This document shows, piece by piece, positions 53,594-64,000 of a stretch of 64,000 nucleotides of DNA (its first letter is position 1; each line of letters begins with the position of its first letter). The notes beneath the pieces were generated by a model that was given only the letters and a program-made list of their open reading frames with translations, was not told the DNA's origin and searched no databases. The translations under genes were made by a program, and so were the position numbers. The DNA is taken from assembly GCA_012295275.1 (NCBI GenBank), contig CM022667.1, positions 12,524,001-12,588,000 on the forward strand. Direction: 5' to 3'. This DNA comes from Chrysomallon squamiferum. Lineage: Eukaryota; Animalia; Mollusca.

Positions 53594-55577
53594 CATTTGA
53601 TCATTAAATACAAATAAGAAAAAGCAAATTCGAGATATCTTTTGTATTTTTGTTTGTTTGTTTGTTTTTTGTTTTTGCAAATTAAATAAAGTACAGAATA
53701 ATTAACGAATAAAAAAGAATATCGACCTGTCAATTTAGATAGATAGACAGACAGCCAGACAACTAGACAGAGAGACAGACAGACAGACAGACAGACACAG
53801 GCAGATAGATAGATAGAGAGAGAGAGAGACAGACAGATAAATAGATCAAGAAAGACAAGTAGGTATAAGATAGATTATGGATGGATGGATGGATGGATGT
53901 ACGGGTAGATTACTAACGTTATTGTTTCCACCGCCTCCTCCTCCATTTCTACTCTGACAAGTAGAGAATCTTCCTGAAGATCTGCAGATCAAATTTCCAC
54001 AACACTTCCTGTTTCCAAACTGTTCACAGGTACTACCTCTATTTATACACTGGAAAAAAAAAAAGAAAAAAAAATTTACCTCTTAGTTTTAGCCCAGATT
54101 CATTGAACGTTTTCTAATTTAATTATTTACTAAATGACAGAGCTAATCCAGTATTCATATTATCAACCAAATGATTTAACATGGGTTTTTTCCCCTCTGT
54201 TTCTGTTACACAAAGTTAATTATTTTATTGTTTTTATACAGACTGAACAATAAAGGATCGAATAGAAAGTAATTCCGTACACAATAAAAATTAATTTCCA
54301 TACATATAATTACACACACGTACATACACACACACACACACACACACACATACATACACACAAACACATACATACACAAACACACAAACACATACACACA
54401 CGTACATACTTACATTCATACATACGTACATAGATACTCACACGCACACGTATATACACATACACACAAAACATGGCCAAGTGGAACTGTCGTCCAGCTT
54501 CGAAGTGGAGCGAATGGGTGCCATACTTTGAAGTCTCATCTGACGGATTTGTGAGGTAGTTTTTGGCCTTCGTACTTTTGTGCCAGTGCGTTCCCGAATA
54601 TTGTCTAATCAAAATGCATAAGACAGAAAAGATTCATACCTAAATACATGCAGAGATACATACCTAAATACATTCAGAGATACATACATACATACATACA
54701 TACATACATACATACATACATACATACATACAACTATACATACGATATATACACGAAGTTTTTAAAAGTAATTATTTACACTAATGTTTCCACCGCCCCC
54801 TCCTCCTCCATTTCTACTCTGACAAGTTGAGAATCTGCCAGAAGATCTGCAGATCAAATTTCCACAACACTTCCTGTTTCCAAACTGTTCACAGGTGTTA
54901 CCTCTATTTATACACTGAAAATATTAATGCTACGTCTTAAAATAACTTCAAGGTCCAAATATCATACTGGGATCAAACATGAATTCACACATATATGAAT
55001 ACACAGACACACAAACACTGACATACACACACACACACATATATATATACACACATACACATACACACATACACACACACAGATATATATGTATATTCTG
55101 CTGTTGATCATATTCGATGCATATAATATTTCTCCTTTGCTTTCATTTCAGTTCTTTAGCAATGAACTGAAATTTGAGAGTAGCTTCGAGGTTTTAAGAA
55201 ATTTCGGATCTCAAAGCTATCTGTCACGTACATACAACATATTTACAGACAAACGTACAGAGATATACACACACACAAGGAATTTTTAATAATTATTATT
55301 TACACCAATATTTCCACTTCCTCCTCCATTTCTACTCTGACAAGCAGAGTACCTTCCTGAAGATCTGCAAATCAAATTTCCACAGCACTTCCTGTTTCCA
55401 AACTGTTCACAGGTGTTATCTCTATTTATACACTGGAAATATTAATGCTAGGTCTTAAAATAATTTAAAATGACCAAATATCATACTGGATCAAGCACAA
55501 ATTCAGTAATTGCTTTTTGGTTTAGTTTTATAAAGGTTTGTATTGTTGACGAGCAATCTATGAGGTAGTCCAGACCT

Positions 55578-55641
<64 letters not shown>

Positions 55642-56141
55642 ATATATACATATACATAGAAACATAAACACACACACACAGTGTTTGTGTGTGTGTATAT
55701 ATACATATACATAGAAACATAAACACACACACACACATACTCACACCTACACATACCCATATACATACATACGTACATACATACATACACATACACACAC
55801 AAACACAAGGAATTTTTAATAATTATTTACACCAATGTTTCCACCGCCTCCTCCTCCATTTGTATTTTGACAAGTAGAGTACCTTCCTGAAGATTTGCAA
55901 ATCAAATTTCCACAGCACCTTTGGTTTCCAAACGGCTGACACCTGCTACCTCTATTTATACACTGAAAAACAACAACAACAATGAATTTTAAAAAGACTT
56001 GCTTCTAATAATTATCACAATAAATTGTAAACGTTACTCATATAATATTTACTTTTGACTTACCCCATATCTGTTTTCAGTTTGAGCGAAAACCGCAACG
56101 AAAAGACATATCACACCAATAGCAATACAAGTCCTCATCAT
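53281..56141 (-). CDS. Knottin gene B: secreted five-domain cystine-knot protein with poly-Gly linkers, 231 aa
   Basis: Exons (-): 56141-56064 MMRTCIAIGVICLFVAVFAQTENRYG; 55962-55831 CINRGSRCQPFGNQRCCGNLICKSSGRYSTCQNTNGGGGGGNIG; 55432-55304 CINRDNTCEQFGNRKCCGNLICRSSGRYSACQSRNGGGSGNIG; 54914-54780 CINRGNTCEQFGNRKCCGNLICRSSGRFSTCQSRNGGGGGGGNIS; 54049-53918 CINRGSTCEQFGNRKCCGNLICRSSGRFSTCQSRNGGGGGGNNN; 53370-53281 CRRRNDFCNRNNECCSNQCKGRGNRKTCQ*. All phase-0 GT-AG with no internal stops; AATAAA on - at 53236-53231. Confidence 0.9.
54470..54610 (-). mobile_element. Possible LINE (CR1/L2-like) 3' ORF2 fragment in an intron of knottin gene B
   Basis: Locally GC-richer island translating as ...TSKYGTHSLHFEAGRQF, reminiscent of the 'T.kyG..S.r..a...WN' tail of CR1/L2 reverse transcriptases; flanked by microsatellites. 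Confidence 0.35.
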
Positions 56142-57295
56142 GTCACGTGATAATCTGAAACACCAATCAAAAGTATTTTCATTGATTACGTGACAACAAC
56201 TAAATATTGCTATTTTTATCATGAAATTTCACCTATTTTTCATTCTATTTCTAATGGCTCTAGAGTGATCACATTGATTCGTGGACTTATAATTAGACTA
56301 AATTTGAATAAAGTATTTAATAATAGTTGTTCTCGTCTACAATTCAGCTGAAATACTGAATTCGTTCGGCAGTAAAATCTAAATTTACAATCCTTATGGA
56401 TGTAATATTAATAGCAATACTACTACTACTAATAATAATAATAAAATTAAAATAAAACATCAACAACAGTAATAATAACAAAAACAATAACAGTAATAAT
56501 AATAATAACATAATAACATATATTAATAATAATAATAATAAATGCGAGGGAAATAGGAGTTGAACTTTTAAACAACAATGTTTTAACAATTTTTTTTTTT
56601 TTTTTTACACTTCTGTTGATCTCGGTTTTCTGAACCAAATTTCGAAAAATCACAAAATGTGAACCTACCGCCATTTCCCACTTGAAACGTCACCATTAAA
56701 GTTATTCTGAGTCCCCATTATACCATCATGGGAACCCACTTTCCAACAATGTTAGAGTAAATTTAACATTTACACCCATAACCATCATAACCTAACAAAC
56801 TTCACTTAACCTGGCTTACATTTTTGTTTATTATTTTTTTTACATAGACTGCTTAGACTGTTTTATATCTGTATATTGTTCATTCATTATTATATTATTG
56901 TATTACAAGGCTGTTATGTGTACTAAAGTTTAATGTTTCGGTACATTTTAGGGCTAATGTTTACATTCACGATTTCCAAGACTTTTGCATTTTCCAGACC
57001 GGTGCTACCCCTGTTAATCCGTGAAATCGAGGATCAACAGCACATTAAATCAGTCAAAGTAATACGAATATCAGGTCTGATAAAGAATAACCACTTCATT
57101 ACTCGTTTAGAGGTTCTGATAGCTTATGAGTTTATACGTAGACTTAAATAAGATGTCATAAAATTAAAAAAATAAACATAAAAACCGCATCTAAACAAAT
57201 CCGCACAGATATATATATATACACACAAACGCAACCACCCACCCATACACACACGCATACATACATTCATACATACATACATACATATACATACA

Positions 57296-57327
<32 letters not shown>

Positions 57328-57369
57328 CATAAATACATATATTAGTTACAGTGTTCAATATCAACTTAC

Positions 57370-57434
57370 CTGCAGTGTTGCAGTGAACGTCCTAATAAAG
57401 ATGTGCCATGAAAACAGAGAGGTGTCCTTTTATA
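57370..57434 (-). promoter_or_regulatory. Candidate TATA box and short non-coding first exon of knottin gene B
   Basis: TATAAAA on - at 57434-57428; strong donor CAG|GTAAGT after 57370; matching acceptor tttcag immediately before 56154, 13 nt ahead of the ATG. Confidence 0.6.
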
Positions 57435-58597
57435 CCATTCACTTGACGTTACTCCTGATGTTTCAGATTTCATTAGACAGATGTAAATCCTTCACTGGCT
57501 ATCTCAGAAAGATACACAGCCTTGCGTATCCAGAATCCGTATCACTTGTCACTTTTAAAATCAAATAACGTCAGTAGCCGCTGTCACATTTCAAATTATG
57601 CCGTGTCAGCGAAGATTCGTATCATGTTCCACATTTGAAATTAAGTTGTATCAGTGTGGATACGTTTCCATTGTCACAGGAAGATTGATTTCCTCAGTCA
57701 TATACACGGCTGTTCTCCTAGCCAAAATACACTGAAGCTTTTTAGCTTTGTTGTTAACTAAAAGTCAGTATTTTTGTTCGATATTCATGAAGCGATATTA
57801 AGCGGTGTGTTCTTTCGAAATTCATTAAGTGATATACAACAATATTAAGCAAGTGATATACAGCAATATGAAGCTGTATGTTCTTTCGATATTCATGAAC
57901 TGATATACAGCAATATGAATACGATTTAAAGGCATAAAGACAGAAAGAGATCTTTACCAACTCTTAGTGAGATTCTTCGAAATCTGGTCCATAATGCTAC
58001 AAGTTTATCTCAAACAGACGGCAAAGATGTAAACGATGTGTTTACAAATTTCAATGTTGTTAAAAAGTAAACTGTTTCATCAGGGTATAAACATAAAATT
58101 TCAAAACAATGTAACTGTAATTTTAACATCTTATTTGTTTTATTGTTGTCGTAGTTGTTTCAACAGTTTTTTAATTATTTTACCAATATTATTACTATTT
58201 TTTTGTTTTTTTCTTCTCTGTCTATTCTGTTTTGTTGGTGGCATTGGTTTTGTAAAATCATCAATGTTTTTCTCCATTGTAATATTTTGCTATTAATGTG
58301 TTTGTGTTGATGTTGCATATTATTTGGTGGTATTTATTACATCTAAATTGCGATGTGTTTTGTTTTTGTTTTTGACAATTTTTTTTTATCTGAAAAAAAA
58401 AAAAAAAAAAAAAAAATAATAATAAGAATAATTTTAATTTTAAATTATTTTTTAAAAATCGTATTAACAAAGCGTCACAACCATCATCAAAATAAAAAAA
58501 TAAAAAAAATAAAAGACGACAAAAAACCAAAACCAAATTAATATTTTTATTTTCTTGTATTGATCGAATGCAGATAATAAATTCAGTATACTGTATC

Positions 58598-58632
<35 letters not shown>

Positions 58633-58636
58633 TATT

Positions 58637-58667
<31 letters not shown>

Positions 58668-58677
58668 GTTATTCTTT

Positions 58678-59243
58678 TTACTGACAGGTTTTTATCTTAT
58701 TATCTCGTTTACATCTTCTGTTATTGCAGCAATCGCTTCTGCTTTCGCACCGTTCATGTCGCTTGGCACACTGAAAAATAAGCAAATAAACAAATAAATA
58801 AAAACAAAAAAAACTTAATTAATTAAAATAAATAAATAAATAAAATTTAAATAAATAAATAAATATGCTTATAAAATTAATACCAAACAAATGAAACATA
58901 ATCAATAAACATAAAATAAATATAAATAACAGTAATTAAATAAATGTAAAAAGAAAATTGAGATTCGCTGACTGATATAAAACAATAACAAAAAGGAGAT
59001 GAAGAGGGAGAAGAATGCTACAAACATTCGCCATAATCATAATGATGATAATAAAACAAGAGAAACAGGAGGGCGTCAGCGACAAGAACTACAACGACTA
59101 CAACTACATTTACCTGTTTTCTCTGACATGTACGCTCTTTTCCGATTCTGCTTTTTTTACATTCCAGATTTCGACAGCATTCTAAACGTCCGTTTCTCTT
59201 ACATTTGTCCCCTATGTCTAAACACTGTAAATAATATTACAAA

Positions 59244-59279
<36 letters not shown>

Positions 59280-59511
59280 ATATAATTATTTTTATTATTA
59301 TATAATAGATAGATACATATATAATAGATAGATACATACATATATATATATATAGTAGTAGTAGCAATGATATATAACTAGAGGTGGGTAATAGAGAATA
59401 CTATAACTAGTGATATTTGTTTCGTCTCACCATAGAAAGATGAGGTTCAATGTCCTGAGAGAAAACTGCGACTGCAAGACACAACAAACCGATAATAATA
59501 GTAGTTTCCAT
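58678..59511 (-). CDS. Knottin gene C: secreted double cystine-knot peptide precursor, 94 aa
   Basis: Exons (-): 59511-59431 METTIIIGLLCLAVAVFSQDIEPHLSM; 59224-59114 CLDIGDKCKRNGRLECCRNLECKKSRIGKERTCQRKQ; 58770-58678 CAKRHERCESRSDCCNNRRCKRDNKIKTCQ*. Phase-0 GT-AG junctions; signal peptide similar to genes A and B. Confidence 0.9.
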
Positions 59512-60147
59512 GTCGTTATCTGAAATTAAACATTATTATATTATATTATATTATATTATATTATATTATATTATATTTTATTTTATTATATTAATGAACG
59601 TGATTTGATCGTATAATCCTTTAAAACCCACCCGACGTTCTGTTTTGTTAAGGTGATGATTATTACATGTGTAGACATTTTCTACAGAGACCAAGTCGGA
59701 AGTTGTTTCCCTCCGTTTGTGGAGAAATCTAAGTTTATTGTTGTGAGTTTCAAAAACAAATAACAATAAATTATACTGAGGTTTATTTCTAAAGAAAAGA
59801 AACTGAAAAACGTTATTTTTATGAGAAGAATTTACATCTGTTTAAAGCGCGTAATGGAATATATTTCGGTGTAACCGATTTTAATTCTTATCGCAATCAC
59901 AAACAAACAGCAGGCAACACTTTCAAAGTTAAATGTTATGGTCTCCTGCAGACGATTTTTATTTATTAAACAGGTTTATGTATCCGAGGATAGTTAAAAT
60001 GACCTTTAACCCCTGTAGCGTTCTTCGAGGCTTGGTAAAAAAATAGTATAATACAACCATGAAGTTAAATTCATTTAATAATATAATGGCATTGAATTTT
60101 TTATATATCGTATATGTATTATTTTTTCCTTCTTCGTATTATAATAT

Positions 60148-60226
<79 letters not shown>

Positions 60227-60242
60227 AATAAGCTGTACTTAC

Positions 60243-60306
60243 ACTGTGACGTTGCTATGAAGTATCGATAACAGACAATTGAAAAATATTTCGTCTGCTT
60301 TTTATA
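60243..60306 (-). promoter_or_regulatory. Candidate TATA box and short non-coding first exon of knottin gene C
   Basis: TATAAAAA on - at 60306-60299; donor AGT|GTAAGT after 60243; same TATA-to-donor geometry (about 64 bp) as gene B. Confidence 0.55.
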
Positions 60307-61181
60307 CATTTCAGAATTAGATAACATCATCATTAAATACATGCCACATTTATCACCGAGTATTACAATCATACTTCTTTATTATTCTCTGTCAAATAGA
60401 GACATTAAATCAATGCCATGGTATTTGAAAGAGGAACAGCATAAACGTATGTATGTATGTATATATGGATGGATGGATGGATGGATGGATTCATAGCTCT
60501 TTCTGGAGTGTCGTTTAGCATTCATTCATTGAATACACGTACATATACCAGCTGGAACTGTAAACAGAGCAACTAACAAAATGAGAAGTATTGATCTTGA
60601 TGTCTATGACGCAGGCTATACATGTAGATGTTTTAATAACATGCTATCAATACCAAATATCAAAAAATCTGTTTCAACAGAACAAGATTAGTAACATATC
60701 TGACATATTAATGCTTGATTTTTCATTATTCATCTTTATATTTCATTATTACAACTGATATCACATCATGTAAATTAACTGATAATGTTCGATATGTTAG
60801 ATATATCCATTATATTTATCTTTTGTCATGCAAAATATTAACCTGCAGTAATATATTTCTGTTTTTATAGACATATGACTATATTTATAAGCCTCACTCT
60901 GGATATACACGCGCGCACACAGCTAGATATATGAATATGTATGTTTTGTTTTGTATATATCTCGTGCAATGTACGTGAAAGTAATGTGCAGAAAACAAAC
61001 TTCAATGCAGAAAAAACAGAAAAAACACAACAACAGTTAAATATATTGTGCACAGTTTATTTTGAGGATTTTTATTTCCAGCAGAATGAAAGAAAGAAGC
61101 AGTTTCAATAAAGTGTTTTCATGAAGAGGAATTCAAAACAGTCACAAGAAAGATTTTAATGTCAGATTCGGTTTGTATTTT

Positions 61182-63158
<1,977 letters not shown>

Positions 63159-63667
63159 CTGAAATAAATGGAGTAAATTAAAGTAAAATCAGTGAAAAGT
63201 ATCAAATACGTTTGTTATGTTAGTTTGATTACTTTCTAATCCGACAGTGTGTATGTACAGTCATATATCTCTTTGTATGTACATTCATGTGTGTTTGTAT
63301 GTTGTACATGCATGTATGTAAAAGTATGTTGGAATGTTGGAATGTGTTATATGTATATCAACGTATGAGTTTACGTGTGTCTGTCTGTCTGTGTGTATGT
63401 AAGTGTCAGTGAATGATTGTTGTGTGTGTGTATGTATTTATGTACCTCTTTCAGTATCTACTCGATTAATCTTAGTCTTTGACTTCATATATTGGTCCCA
63501 AGAACAGCAAAAACTTGGTCACAATGTTCTAGCTCTACATACAGATGTGAGATCTTTCAATCGATTTGTCTCATTTTAAAATCAGCTCATGACAAAATCA
63601 CGTGAGGTTGCAAATATCTAAACCTATGTTTGAATCAGGAAACTTTTATTTGTATTTTATTTTTTTA

Positions 63668-63721
<54 letters not shown>

Positions 63722-64000
63722 ATTGTTTGTACTCGAGTAAATAGGTTTCACAATGATTAACCTGAAAACCTATATATCGATTAACCTTAAATGAACGCTG
63801 ATTTTATGCATGGTCAATGCTACAGTTTGAAGAAAGACTAGTCAGCTGTAGTTCGATATGGATTATCGCTCTAAGAATTGCAAATTCTTCGCGTTAACTG
63901 TTATAAAGATTATGGTGTATTGCATAAGTGAATTCAGGGGGATAATTTTATTTTTAGTTATATCTACATCCAGTTTCTGAAATACACAGTCGATTCCTGT

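Noticed and set aside
53900-55990. Regularly spaced near-identical repeats of about 130 bp, superficially CRISPR-like or TE-like
   Set aside because: Each is an open, splice-site-bounded Cys-rich exon; the context is eukaryotic and there are no cas genes.
57770-57920. Local imperfect repeats (gatatacagcaatatgaa, ttctttcga.attcat)
   Set aside because: Small decayed tandem duplication with no coding or structural signal.
48690-59511. Calling the knottin genes conotoxins
   Set aside because: They share the VI/VII Cys framework, but the signal peptides do not match a conotoxin superfamily I recognise and there is no typical pro-region; venom function is unsupported.

Overview
AT-rich, microsatellite-dense animal genomic DNA with GT-AG introns; probably a mollusc or other lophotrochozoan (inference only). 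By hand-splicing exons I can support four complete housekeeping-type genes: an SLC7A9-like amino-acid transporter (-, 13 coding exons), MVD (-, 12 exons) head-to-head with METTL17 (+, 15 exons, with one apparent 1-bp frameshift), and a soluble flavin monooxygenase (+, 5 exons). There is also a 5'-truncated, unusually divergent beta-tubulin (-). The most interesting content is almost invisible in the ORF track: a cluster at about 48.1-60.3 kb of three paralogous genes for secreted, cationic, multi-domain cystine-knot (C-C-CC-C-C) peptides, with one domain per phase-0 exon. Two genes encode double knottins and one encodes a five-knottin chain joined by poly-glycine linkers. Most ORF-track entries are simple-repeat artefacts.
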